Under the pieces are notes generated by a model that did not search any database, was not told the origin of the DNA, and worked only from the letters and a program-made list of their open reading frames with translations. A stretch of DNA of 64,000 nt. Origin: Pseudomonas aeruginosa PAO1. GTDB lineage: Bacteria > Pseudomonadota > Gammaproteobacteria > Pseudomonadales > Pseudomonadaceae. Positions 48,329-57,770 of this stretch are shown here, piece by piece (positions within the stretch are counted from its first letter, which is position 1; the number at the start of each line of letters is the position of its first letter). The DNA lies in assembly GCF_000006765.1 (NCBI RefSeq), contig NC_002516.2. One strand, given 5' to 3'. Position numbers and translations under genes: made by a program.

Positions 48329-50356
48329 TCAACCGCCGCAGCCGCCGCAACAGCTCTTGGGCGTGGAGCGTTGCAGCAGCTCCTCGTCGCACTTCGGGCA
48401 GAACTCGTGCTCGCCGGCCAGGTAGCCGTGCCGCGGGCAGATCGAGAAGGTGGGGGTGACGGTCAGGTACGGCAGGCGGAAGCGACCGAGGGCGGTGCGC
48501 ACCAGGGTCTTGCAGGCTTCGGCGGAGGAAATCCGCTCGGCCATGTAGAGATGCAGCACGGTGCCGCCGGTGTACTTGCATTGCAGGGCGTCCTGCAGCT
48601 CCAGCGCCTCGAACGGGTCGTCGGTGAAGCCCACCGGCAGTTGCGAGGAGTTGGTGTAGTAGGGCGCCTCCGGCGTGCCGGCCTGGAGGATGCGCGGATA
48701 GCGCTTGCGGTCCTCGCGGGCGAAGCGATAGGTGGTGCCCTCGGCGGGCGTGGCTTCCAGGTTGTAGAGGTGCCCGCTGTCCTCCTGGAAACCCACCAGC
48801 CGCGCGCGCACGTGATCGAGCAGGGCCAGGGCCATCTCGCGCCCGGCTTCGCTGTGCAGTCCCTCGCGGTCGTCGCTGAAGTTGCGCACCATCTCGTGCA
48901 GGCCGTTCACGCCGATGGTGGAGAAATGGTTGCGCAGGGTACCCAGGTAGCGTCGGGTGTAGGGATAGAGGCCGGCATCCATGTGCTGCTGGATCACCTT
49001 GCGCTTCAGCTCCAGGCTGGCGAAGGCGAGTTCGAGCAGGTGGTCGAGCTGGCGGTAGAGGCCGGCGGCGTCGCCACGGTGGCGATAGCCCAGGCGCGCG
49101 CAGTTGATCGTCACCACGCCCAGCGAGCCGGTCTGCTCCGCCGAGCCGAACAGGCCGTTGCCACGCTTGAGCAGTTCGCGCACGTCCAGTTGCAGGCGGC
49201 AGCACATCGAGCGCACCTGGTTGGGCTGCATGTCCGAGTTGAGGAAGTTCTGGAAGTAGGGCAGGCCGTAGCGCGCGGTCATCTCGAACAGGCGCGTGGC
49301 GTTGTCGCTGTCCCAGGGGAAGTCGTGGGTGATGTTGTAGGTCGGGATCGGGAAGGTGAATACCCGGCCGTGGGCATCGCCGGCCTGCATCACCTCGATG
49401 TAGGCGCGGTTGATCAGGTCCATCTCGGCCTGCAGCTCGCCGTAGGCGAAGGGCATCTCCTCGCCGCCGATGCGCGGCACCTGGTCGCGCAGGTCGTCCG
49501 GGCAGACCCAGTCGAAGGTCAGGTTGGTGAAGGGTGTCTGGGTGCCCCAGCGCGACGGCACGTTGAGGTTGTAGATGAACTCCTGGAGGGCCTGGCGCAC
49601 GCTGGCGTAGTCGAGGCGGTCCTTGCGCACGTAGGGCGCCAGGTAGGTATCGAAGGAACTGAAGGCCTGGGCCCCGGCCCACTCGTTCTGCAGGGTGCCG
49701 AGGAAGTTGACCATCTGCCCCAGGGCGCTGCCCAGGTGCTTCGGCGGACCGGCCTCGACCCGCCCCGGCACGCCGTTCAGGCCTTCGTTCAGCAAGGTGC
49801 GCAGCGACCAGCCGGCGCAATAGCCGGCGAGCATGTCGAGGTCGTGGATATGCAGGTCGGCGTCGCGGTGGGCGGCGGCGATGTCGGCATCGTAGACCTC
49901 ATCCAGCCAGTAGTTCGCGGTGACCTTGCCGGATACGTTGAGGATCAGCCCGCCGAGGGAATAGCCCTGGTTGGCGTTGGCGCGCACCCGCCAATCCTCG
50001 CGGGACAGGTATTCGTTCATCGACGCGGCGACGTCCACCAGGGTCTTGCGCTCGCGGCGCAGCCGGCCGTGGCGTTCGCGGTAGACCACGTAGGCGCGCG
50101 CCGTAGGGTAGTGGCCGGCCTCCATCAGCACCCGTTCGACCAGGTCCTGGACCCGTTCGATATCCAGGCAGGCGCGTTCCGGCAGGCGTTCCACCACGCG
50201 TTCGGCGAGCGCCTGCGCCTGCTGCGGGTCGAACTCGCCGGTGGCTTGGCCGGCGGCGGCGATGGCGCGTTCGATCTTGCCGGGATCGAAAGGGACTTCA
50301 CGTCCGTTGCGCTTGAGCAGGGTGGCCGGCCAGGTAGCCTTCCGGGGCTGGGTCAT
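48329..50356 (-). CDS. nrdD: Class III (anaerobic) ribonucleoside-triphosphate reductase catalytic subunit, 675 aa, lacking the glycyl-radical tail
   Basis: ATP-cone 'KRNGREVPFDPGKI', 'GYCAG', finger loop 'SMCCRL', 'NLEATPAE', 'YYTNS' and Zn ribbon 'CPRH...CPKC'. GGAG SD before ATG 50356. Confidence 0.95.
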   Translation of the reverse strand: MTQPRKATWPATLLKRNGREVPFDPGKIERAIAAAGQATGEFDPQQAQALAERVVERLPERACLDIERVQDLVERVLMEAGHYPTARAYVVYRERHGRLRRERKTLVDVAASMNEYLSREDWRVRANANQGYSLGGLILNVSGKVTANYWLDEVYDADIAAAHRDADLHIHDLDMLAGYCAGWSLRTLLNEGLNGVPGRVEAGPPKHLGSALGQMVNFLGTLQNEWAGAQAFSSFDTYLAPYVRKDRLDYASVRQALQEFIYNLNVPSRWGTQTPFTNLTFDWVCPDDLRDQVPRIGGEEMPFAYGELQAEMDLINRAYIEVMQAGDAHGRVFTFPIPTYNITHDFPWDSDNATRLFEMTARYGLPYFQNFLNSDMQPNQVRSMCCRLQLDVRELLKRGNGLFGSAEQTGSLGVVTINCARLGYRHRGDAAGLYRQLDHLLELAFASLELKRKVIQQHMDAGLYPYTRRYLGTLRNHFSTIGVNGLHEMVRNFSDDREGLHSEAGREMALALLDHVRARLVGFQEDSGHLYNLEATPAEGTTYRFAREDRKRYPRILQAGTPEAPYYTNSSQLPVGFTDDPFEALELQDALQCKYTGGTVLHLYMAERISSAEACKTLVRTALGRFRLPYLTVTPTFSICPRHGYLAGEHEFCPKCDEELLQRSTPKSCCGGCGG

Positions 50357-50366
50357 TTCAACTTCT

Positions 50367-50413
50367 CCACAACATGATGTGTTTTGATTTTGCAAAACAA
50401 CAATATGTTGTGG
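50367..50413. promoter_or_regulatory. Tandem NrdR boxes
   Basis: CCACAACATGATGTGT (50367-50382) and CAACAATATGTTGTGG (50398-50413), 31 bp apart; consensus acaCwAtATaTwGtgt. Confidence 0.85.
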
Positions 50414-50440
50414 ATTCTGGCGGGCGACGCCGAGCCGGCG

Positions 50441-50454
50441 TTGATCTGCGTCAG
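50441..50454. promoter_or_regulatory. Anr/Dnr (FNR-type) box upstream of nrdD
   Basis: Minus strand CTGAC-GCAG-ATCAA versus TTGAY-N4-ATCAA; a CAGAAT -10-like hexamer sits at class II spacing (50419-50414). Confidence 0.7.
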
Positions 50455-50513
50455 CGTCCGGCGGATTGCCCGGGTTCCATTGGAGGTATTCCCCGTGCCC
50501 GGGTGACGGCGTA

Positions 50514-51323
50514 TCAGGCCTGGGCGAGGCGGGCGAAGACGACGTAGTTGTCCAACTGCTGCCAGACCGTGGCGGCCTCGGCGAAACCCGCCTGGCGCAG
50601 GGCGGCGAGATGGAAATCGAGCGAGCAGTCTTCGTCTTCGCTGGCGCGCCTGAGCGGGCGCCGCGCGAAATGGGCGTCGCGCTGCGCCTTCAGCGGGGCC
50701 AGCCGGGGGATCTGCGCGGCGCGTTGCCACCAGTCTTCCCAACTGTCCGCGCCGCTGGCCACGGACGCCTGGAGGACCCGCTCGCGGTGCTTCCGGGACA
50801 ATTCCGCGAGTCCCGGCCAGCGTCGGTCGTAGCGCATGTGGTCGGCGTTCAGCAGCACGCCGCCGGGGGCGAGCAGCTCGCCGGCCTGGGCGTAGAACCC
50901 GGCGAGTTCGGCGGGCGACAGCCAGTGCAACGCGGTGGAAGAGAGCAGCGCCGCGGGCCGTTCGCCGGCGAGGGACTCGCGCGCTTCGGCGACCCGTTCG
51001 GTCCAGCCTGGATCGGTGAGGTCGCACTCCACCACGCGGACCCGCTCGGCGAAACCGGCCAGCGCCGTACGCGCGATCTCCAGCAGCATGACGTCGGCGT
51101 CCAGCGCCACCACCCGCGCCGCCGGGAAGCGTTCGAGCAGGCGCCGGCCGAGGGAGCCCGGGCCGCAGGCGGCGTCGATGGCGGTGAAGCGCCCGTCGCG
51201 GCCGAAGAGGTCTTCGAGCAACTGGAACATCGCCTCGTAGCGCTCCTCGCGCTGGCGGATGTAGCCCTCCTGCTGGCGGTCCCAGCGTTCGAGGAGCGCC
51301 ATGATCTGCTCGGTTGCGGTCAT
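50514..51323 (-). CDS. Class I SAM-dependent methyltransferase, 269 aa
   Basis: Motif I 'IDAACGPGS', 'VVALDAD', 'SSTALHWL' and 'PGGVLLNAD'. AGGAGG SD before MTATEQ. Confidence 0.88.
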   Translation of the reverse strand: MTATEQIMALLERWDRQQEGYIRQREERYEAMFQLLEDLFGRDGRFTAIDAACGPGSLGRRLLERFPAARVVALDADVMLLEIARTALAGFAERVRVVECDLTDPGWTERVAEARESLAGERPAALLSSTALHWLSPAELAGFYAQAGELLAPGGVLLNADHMRYDRRWPGLAELSRKHRERVLQASVASGADSWEDWWQRAAQIPRLAPLKAQRDAHFARRPLRRASEDEDCSLDFHLAALRQAGFAEAATVWQQLDNYVVFARLAQA

Positions 51324-51440
51324 CTTTCCTCCTGGGGGGCATGCCCGGTTGAGAGTGGGGTCCTGTGCTTCGAGGGATACGGCGAGCGAGACGTTCCCTC
51401 GCCTCGATGAAGAAGAAACGGCGGGCATTCTTCATTCGAA

Positions 51441-51463
51441 GAAATGTTATGTTATAACTTATA
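51441..51463. promoter_or_regulatory. Zur box in the divergent methyltransferase / TonB receptor promoter
   Basis: GAAATGTTATGTTATAACTTATA versus consensus GAAATGTTATAWTATAACATTTC; strongly AT-rich patch. Confidence 0.82.
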
Positions 51464-51490
51464 AGTATTTATAATTCATACCTGCCGACC

Positions 51491-53452
51491 ATGACCCCCC
51501 ATTCCTCCCCGCACCGTCTTCCTCCGCTGCGGCTGGCCCGCGCCGTGCCGTTCCTCTACCTGCTTCCCTGCCTGGCGCTGGCCGCGCCGGTCGACCTGGA
51601 GCCGACCGTGGTCAGCGCCACCACTACCGAGCGCAAGCTGCGCGACGCCCCGGCCAGCGTTTCGCTGATCGCCGCCGAGGACCTGCGGCGGCGCCCGGTG
51701 CGCGACCTGCAGGAAGCCCTGCGCGGTTCGGAAAGCCTGCAGTTCAACGGCGTCGGCATGTCCCGGCGGGGCATCAGCGTTCGCGGCATGTCCAGCGAGC
51801 ACACCCTGGTGCTGGTGGACGGCCAGCGGATCTCCACCTCGTCCGGGGCCATCGCCCATTCCGACTTCGACCTCGGCTGGGTGCCGGTGGAGAGCATCGA
51901 GCGTATCGAGGTGGTACGCGGACCGATGTCCTCGCTCTACGGTTCGGAAGCCCTCGGCGGGGTGGTGAACGTGATCACCCGGCGCGCCACCGATACCTGG
52001 ACGGGCAGCGGTCTGCTCGATGGCGGCGTGCGCGAGGACGGCCTCGGCGGGCAGAGCCACCAGCTCGGCGCCTATCTCGCCGGGCCGCTGGTGCCCGGCA
52101 AGCTGGGCCTCGCCCTGAACGGCGAGAGCCGCCGCCAGCAGGAAACCCCGGACGCCGATGAGCGCCGACTCTCCGAGCTGGAAGGCGGCAACGCCGACAG
52201 CGGTGGGCTGAACCTCAGCTGGACCCCGGACGACGCCCAGCGCATCGACCTCGGCCACCAGCGCGGGCGCGAACGACGCTGGCGCAACAGCGAGACCGGA
52301 GGGCCGCGCTCGCGCTACTACGAGTCGCGCGACGTGATCGAACGCGAGCGCTGGTCGCTCGCCCACAATGGCCAGTGGGACTGGGGCAGCAGCCAGCTGC
52401 GCACCTACCGCAACCGCCTGGAGCGGCACAACGCGCGTTCCGACGGACAACCGCCGAGCAACCCGCAGCGCCTTACCGACAGCGTGGTCGACGGCCACCT
52501 CAGCGTGCCGGCCTTCGAGCGACATCTCTTCACCCTCGGCGGCGAATGGCGCAAGGAAGAACTGGAGGATCGCTCGGTGAATACCGCCGGCGACGCCAGC
52601 GCGCGACACAAGGCGCTGTTCCTGCAGGACGAGATCGCCTTCGGCCCGGACTGGTCGCTGACCCTCGGCAGCCGCTTCGACAAGCACGAGGCGTTCGGCT
52701 GGGAAAGCAGTCCGCGCCTGTACCTGCTGCACCACCTTTCCGATGTGCTGACCCTGCGCGCCGGCGTCGGCCGCGGCTACAAGGCGCCGAGCCTGAAGCA
52801 GCTATCGCCGGAGTATGCGGCGGTCGGTGGCGGCGGGCGCTTCACCATCTACGGCAATCCCGACCTGAAGCCGGAGACCAATACGTCCTACGAACTGGGC
52901 GCCGACTACCAGGGCGATGGCTGGTCGCTGAAGGGCACGGTGTTCGAGAACGATGTCCGCGACCTGATCCAGACCGTCTGCGTAGCGCGCTGCGGGGTGC
53001 GCGGCGGCGAGATACGCAACTACGAGAACGTCGACAGGGCACGGATCCGCGGCCTCGAGCTGGGCGGCGGCGTGGACCTGCCGGCGGACCTGCGCTGGGA
53101 ACTCAACTACACCTACCTCGACGCGCGCAACCGCACCGCCGGCCAGCGCCTCGGCGATCGCTCCCGGCACCTCGCCAACAGCCAATTGCGCTGGAGCCCC
53201 AATGTCCGCTTCAGCGCCCAGTTGCGCACCGAATACGTCGGCAGCCAGGTGGCCTACAGCAGCAACGTCGGCTACGCCTTGCCGGCCTACAGCCTGTGGC
53301 ACCTGGAGCTGAGCCAGAAACTCAGCGAGAACCTGACGCTGCGCGGCGGCATCGAGAACCTTGGCGACCAGCGCCTGGCCGACGACGACACGCACTTCAC
53401 CTATGCCGAACCTGGGCGGACCTTCCATCTCGGCCTGGTGGCGAGCTTCTGA
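51491..53452 (+). CDS. TonB-dependent receptor (CirA/BtuB-like, no signalling domain)
   Basis: TonB box 'VVSAT', 'RDAPASVS', 'IERIEVVRGPMSSLYGSEALGGVVNVIT' and C-terminal Phe. Confidence 0.95.
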   Translation: MTPHSSPHRLPPLRLARAVPFLYLLPCLALAAPVDLEPTVVSATTTERKLRDAPASVSLIAAEDLRRRPVRDLQEALRGSESLQFNGVGMSRRGISVRGMSSEHTLVLVDGQRISTSSGAIAHSDFDLGWVPVESIERIEVVRGPMSSLYGSEALGGVVNVITRRATDTWTGSGLLDGGVREDGLGGQSHQLGAYLAGPLVPGKLGLALNGESRRQQETPDADERRLSELEGGNADSGGLNLSWTPDDAQRIDLGHQRGRERRWRNSETGGPRSRYYESRDVIERERWSLAHNGQWDWGSSQLRTYRNRLERHNARSDGQPPSNPQRLTDSVVDGHLSVPAFERHLFTLGGEWRKEELEDRSVNTAGDASARHKALFLQDEIAFGPDWSLTLGSRFDKHEAFGWESSPRLYLLHHLSDVLTLRAGVGRGYKAPSLKQLSPEYAAVGGGGRFTIYGNPDLKPETNTSYELGADYQGDGWSLKGTVFENDVRDLIQTVCVARCGVRGGEIRNYENVDRARIRGLELGGGVDLPADLRWELNYTYLDARNRTAGQRLGDRSRHLANSQLRWSPNVRFSAQLRTEYVGSQVAYSSNVGYALPAYSLWHLELSQKLSENLTLRGGIENLGDQRLADDDTHFTYAEPGRTFHLGLVASF

Positions 53453-56400
53453 TGCGCCGTTCGCTACTCTTCTGCGGCGCGCTGCTGGCCAGTCTCTGTG
53501 CCTGGGCGGAGCCGGCCCAGGTGCGTCTGCTCAGCAGCGATTTCGTCCTCCCGGGCAAGCACCAGCGCCTAGCCGGTTGGGCGCGCGAGGCCGGTGTCGA
53601 GTTGCGCGGCCTGCGCCTCGGCATCGGCGAGGCGCCGCCCGGCGAGTGGCTGGACGGCGGCAACCTGCTGATCCTCGACACGCCGCGGCCGACCGATCGC
53701 GCCCAGGTCGAGGAGGCGCTGGGCGAGCGCTTGCAAGGCGGGACGCAACCCTGGATCCGCGTCGGCGGCGGTCCGCCGGGTTTCGGCAACCTGCCGGCGG
53801 CGCTGGGCGGGCGCCTGGTCGGCTACTACGCGAACGGCGGCGAAGCCAACCTGCGCCGGCTGTTCGAGGCGGTCCGACGCTGGCATGCCGGCCTGACCGT
53901 CGACGCGTTGCCGGCGCCGCAGCCCCTGGCGCAGGCCGGCTTCTATCATCCCGACGCACCGGCGCCGTTCGCCGTCCTCGCCGACTACCTGGCCTGGGGC
54001 GCCTCGCGCTGGGCCAGCGATGCCCCGCGCATCGCCTTCCTGATCCCGCGCGGCGCCATCGCCGACGCCCAGACCGGCGCCATCGACGAACTGTTGCGGC
54101 GTAGCGAGCGGCACGGCCAGGCGCCGCTGGCGGTGTGGTTCGACGACAGCGATCCGGAGGCGTTGAGGAAGTCCTTCGCTGGCGCCGATGTCCAGGCGCT
54201 GGTCAACCTGCAGCACCTGCAGAACGGCCCGGCGCGCCGTGCCGAGTTCCTCGCGCTGGACGTGCCGGTATTGCAGACCCTCGGCTACCGCGACGGCAAC
54301 GAGGCCGACTGGCTGGCCGCCGCCAGCGGGGTGGCGCCGCGTACCGCGGCGGCCTTCCTCGGCATGCCGGAAACCTGGGGAATGAGCGATCCGCTGGTGA
54401 TCAGCGCCCTGGAGAACGGCGAGCCGAAGCTGATGGCCGGGCAGGCCGAGGCCCTGCTGGACAAGCTCGACCGGCTGCTGCGCCTGCGTCGCCTGCCGGC
54501 GGCGGACAAGCACCTGGCGCTGATGTTCTGGAACCACCCGGAGGGCGAGAAGAACGTCGCCGCCTCGCATCTCAATGTACCGGCCAGCCTGGCCCGTCTC
54601 GGCGAAGCGCTGCGGGCGGCCGGCTACCGGGTTGCGACGAGCGACGAAAGCGCGCTGATCGATACCGCCCAGCGCCTGCTCGGCGGCTACTACCGGCCGC
54701 AGACCCTGGACGCGCTGTATCGCGACGGCCTCGCCGCGAGCCTGCCGCTGGACGCCTACCTGCACTGGTTCGAGGCGCTGCCGGCGGATCTGCGCGAGGA
54801 GATGCGCGCGCGCTGGGGCGACCCGCGTCGACATTGGGCCTTGCGCGATATCGACGGCCAGCGACGCTTCGTGTTCCCGGCGGCGCGCCTGGGTAATCTG
54901 CTGCTGTTGCCGCAGCCGCCGCGCGCCGGCCGTCCGGGCGAGGCCTACCACGACAGCGCGGTGCCGCCGGACCATCTCTACCTGGCGGTCTACCAGTTCG
55001 TCCGCGAGGGTTTCGGCGCCGACGCGCTGATCCATTTCGGCACCCATGGCACCCAGGAATGGCTACCCGGCAAGGACCGCGGGCTGGCGGTGGGCGACTA
55101 CCCGCTGCGGGCGCTCGGCGACCTGCCGGTGTTCTACCCGTACATCCAGGACAACGTTGGCGAGGCGATCCAGGCGCGCCGGCGCGGGCGCGCGGTCACC
55201 GTCAGCCACCAGACGCCGTCGTTCGCCCCGGCCGGGCTGTACGACGAACTGCGCGACCTGCACCAGTTGATCCACGAATACCAGCAACTGGACGAGGGCG
55301 CGGTGCGCGAACGCAGCGCCGAGCAGATCCGCGCGGCGGTGCGGGCGGCGCACATGAACGACGACCTGGGCTGGAGCGAGGCAGCGATGCACGAGGATTT
55401 CCCGGCGTTCCTCGGCGTGCTCCACGACCACCTGCACCGACTGGCCGGCTCGGCGATGCCGCTGGGGCTGCACACCTTCGGTGTCGCCGCCTCGCCGGAG
55501 CTGCGCCTGGGCACCGTCATGCAGCAGCTCGGCGAGCCCTACTACCGCGCGCTCGGTCTCGACCCCGACGAACTGTTCGCCGCCGATTTCAGGGCGCTGC
55601 GGGAAGGTCGTGCCTACCGCACACTGCAACGCTACCTGCGCGACGGTGGCGAGATCGCCAAGGTGGCCGATCCGCGCCTGCGCGAGCAGTTGCTGCGCGC
55701 CCGCGAACTGGACCGCCAGCTCGCCGACACCGGCGAACTGGAGGCGCTGCTCGCCGGCCTCGCCGGGCGCTTCGTCGCGCCCGGGCCGGGCGGCGATCCG
55801 ATCCGCAATCCGCAGGTACCCAGCGGGCGCAACCTGTTCGCCTTCGAGGCCGACAAGGTACCGACCCGCGCCGCCTACGAAGCCGGCGCCGAGGCCTTCG
55901 GCCAACTGCTGGAAAGCTACCGCGCCGAGCACCAGGGCAGGGCGCCGGAAAAGCTCGCCTTCAGCCTCTGGTCGTCGGAAACCATGCGCCACCTGGGCAT
56001 CGTCGAAAGCCAGGCGCTGCACGCCCTCGGCCTGCGCCCGCGCTGGGACGCCGGTGGCCGCCTGCTGGCGCTGGACATCGTGCCGGCGGCGGAACTGGGG
56101 CGTCCACGGGTGGACGTGGTGCTACAGGTGACCAGTGTCTACCGCGACCAGTTCGACGGCTTCATGCGCCTGCTCGCCGAGGCCATCGAGCGCCTCGCCG
56201 CGCTGGACGAGCCGGGCAACCCGCTGGCGCGCAACAGCCAGGCGCTGGAGCGGCGCCTGCGCGAACGCGGCGTCGAAGCGCCACTGGCGCAGCGCCTGTC
56301 GCGCCTGCGGCTGTTCGGCAATGCGCCGGGCGACTACGGCACCGGGGTAACGCAACTGACCCTCGATTCCACCCGCTGGGACGACGACTCGGCGCTCGCC

Positions 56401-57297
56401 GAGCAGTTCCTCGGGCGCTTGCAGTACGCCTACGGCAGTCGCGACTGGGGCGTGAAGCTGGATGGCGGCAACCTGTTCGCCGAACAGTTGAAGGGTGTAC
56501 AGGCGGCGATCCTCTCGCGCTCCTCGACGCTCAACGGCGTGCTCTCCACCGACCACCCGTTCGAGTACCTCGGCGGCCTGTCGCTGGCGGTACGCCACCT
56601 CGACGGCGCCAGCCCGGCGCTGTACATCGCCGACCTGCGCCAGCGCCAGCCGCGCACCACGGCCGCCGCGCAGTTCCTCGCCAGCGAGCTGCGCGGGCGC
56701 TACCTCAGCCCGCAGTGGATCGCCGCGATGCAGCGCGAGGGCTACGCCGGCAGCCTGGAAATGCTCGACCTGGCCAACAACCTGTGGGGCTGGCAGGCGG
56801 CGGATCGCATCATGGTCCGCGCCGACCAGTGGCAGGCGTTGCACGACACCTTCGTCATGGACCGCCGCGAGCTGGGTCTCGCCGAGTGGTTCGAAACGCA
56901 CAATCCGACCGCCCAGGCGCAGATCATCGCGCGCATGGCCGAGGCCATCCGCAAGGGCTACTGGGACGCCAGCGAGCAGACCCGCCGCGAACTGGCCGAG
57001 CGCTGGCGGCAACTGGCGGCCGCCGGCGCCGGCGAGGTCGGCGCGGCGACCACCCGTGAATTCATCGAACGGATGGCCGGCGGTTTCGGCGAGGCCGCGG
57101 CGCAGGCAGAGGGCGCGGCCGCGTCCGGTGCCGGCGAAACGGTCAGCGGCCGCGTCCTCGAAGAAGTCGCGCCGCCGCCGTCCGGCGAGCCGCAGCCCTG
57201 GCTCCGGCTGGCCGCCGCCGTGCTGCTCGCGCTGTTCGCCGCCGGCGCCGTCCGGCAATCCGTAGTCAATCGTCGTCCGATGGAAAATCGCTCATGA
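53452..57297 (+). CDS. CobN/magnesium chelatase-family protein with signal peptide and C-terminal TM anchor, 1281 aa
   Basis: 'HFGTHGTQEWLPGK', 'YPYIQDNVGEA..ARRRG', 'PSGRN' and 'RPRVDVV'. ATG overlaps the receptor stop (TGATG). Confidence 0.9.
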   Translation: MRRSLLFCGALLASLCAWAEPAQVRLLSSDFVLPGKHQRLAGWAREAGVELRGLRLGIGEAPPGEWLDGGNLLILDTPRPTDRAQVEEALGERLQGGTQPWIRVGGGPPGFGNLPAALGGRLVGYYANGGEANLRRLFEAVRRWHAGLTVDALPAPQPLAQAGFYHPDAPAPFAVLADYLAWGASRWASDAPRIAFLIPRGAIADAQTGAIDELLRRSERHGQAPLAVWFDDSDPEALRKSFAGADVQALVNLQHLQNGPARRAEFLALDVPVLQTLGYRDGNEADWLAAASGVAPRTAAAFLGMPETWGMSDPLVISALENGEPKLMAGQAEALLDKLDRLLRLRRLPAADKHLALMFWNHPEGEKNVAASHLNVPASLARLGEALRAAGYRVATSDESALIDTAQRLLGGYYRPQTLDALYRDGLAASLPLDAYLHWFEALPADLREEMRARWGDPRRHWALRDIDGQRRFVFPAARLGNLLLLPQPPRAGRPGEAYHDSAVPPDHLYLAVYQFVREGFGADALIHFGTHGTQEWLPGKDRGLAVGDYPLRALGDLPVFYPYIQDNVGEAIQARRRGRAVTVSHQTPSFAPAGLYDELRDLHQLIHEYQQLDEGAVRERSAEQIRAAVRAAHMNDDLGWSEAAMHEDFPAFLGVLHDHLHRLAGSAMPLGLHTFGVAASPELRLGTVMQQLGEPYYRALGLDPDELFAADFRALREGRAYRTLQRYLRDGGEIAKVADPRLREQLLRARELDRQLADTGELEALLAGLAGRFVAPGPGGDPIRNPQVPSGRNLFAFEADKVPTRAAYEAGAEAFGQLLESYRAEHQGRAPEKLAFSLWSSETMRHLGIVESQALHALGLRPRWDAGGRLLALDIVPAAELGRPRVDVVLQVTSVYRDQFDGFMRLLAEAIERLAALDEPGNPLARNSQALERRLRERGVEAPLAQRLSRLRLFGNAPGDYGTGVTQLTLDSTRWDDDSALAEQFLGRLQYAYGSRDWGVKLDGGNLFAEQLKGVQAAILSRSSTLNGVLSTDHPFEYLGGLSLAVRHLDGASPALYIADLRQRQPRTTAAAQFLASELRGRYLSPQWIAAMQREGYAGSLEMLDLANNLWGWQAADRIMVRADQWQALHDTFVMDRRELGLAEWFETHNPTAQAQIIARMAEAIRKGYWDASEQTRRELAERWRQLAAAGAGEVGAATTREFIERMAGGFGEAAAQAEGAAASGAGETVSGRVLEEVAPPPSGEPQPWLRLAAAVLLALFAAGAVRQSVVNRRPMENRS

Positions 57298-57770
57298 ATG
57301 GTCTGGAAACCAGCCTCTACGAACTCACCCGCCTGTTCCTGCTGCCGGTGCTGCTGTTGATCCTCGCCGCGCTGGCCTACGCCTTCGTCGCCCTCGGCGG
57401 CTTCGCCATGGAAGCCTGGCAGCGCCGTCGCGGGCGCTACCGCTCGCGCCTGGCGGCCTGGCAGGCGCTGCATGGCGGCAACAGCGACGACCTCGAACTG
57501 TGGATCATGCAGCGCCTGGAATGGCTGCGGATCACCTCGCGCAGCGCGCCGATGCTCGGCCTGGTGGCGACCATGATCCCCATGGGGCCGGCGCTGCTGG
57601 CGCTGACCCGCAACGACGCCCAGGGGATCGGCGAGAACCTGGTGGTGGCGTTTTCCGCGGTGATCCTGGCCCTGGTCGCCGCCAGCATCACCTTCTTCAT
57701 CCTCACCGTGCGTCGCCGCTGGCTGCTCCAGGAACTGCGCGCCGTCGAACGTGCGCGGGAGGCCGGCTGA
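57294..57770 (+). CDS. MotA/TolQ/ExbB proton-channel family protein
   Basis: 'SAPMLGLVATMIPMGPAL' and 'ENLVVAFSAVILAL'; ATGA-coupled. Confidence 0.85.
   Translation: MNGLETSLYELTRLFLLPVLLLILAALAYAFVALGGFAMEAWQRRRGRYRSRLAAWQALHGGNSDDLELWIMQRLEWLRITSRSAPMLGLVATMIPMGPALLALTRNDAQGIGENLVVAFSAVILALVAASITFFILTVRRRWLLQELRAVERAREAG

Noticed and set aside
48285-48331. nrdD as a frameshifted pseudogene
   Set aside because: The downstream fragment has its own strong SD, an N-terminal linker not alignable to NrdD, and ATGA coupling to nrdG. NrdR and Anr boxes and all catalytic motifs are intact. This favours a genuine split, though an orthologue check is still needed.
50357-50395. In-frame extension MQNQNTSCCGEVE of NrdD
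   Set aside because: Overlaps the NrdR boxes and likely transcription start. The SD supports ATG 50356.
51324-51490. Possible cobalamin riboswitch upstream of the BtuB-like receptor/CobN cluster or upstream of metE
   Set aside because: No B12-box core (GGGAA...GCCACTG) was seen; the region instead has a Zur box.
52375-53451. N-terminal 359 aa of the 1640-aa track ORF
   Set aside because: Overlaps the TonB receptor in another frame. The real CobN-like start is the TGATG-coupled ATG at 53452, followed by a signal peptide.
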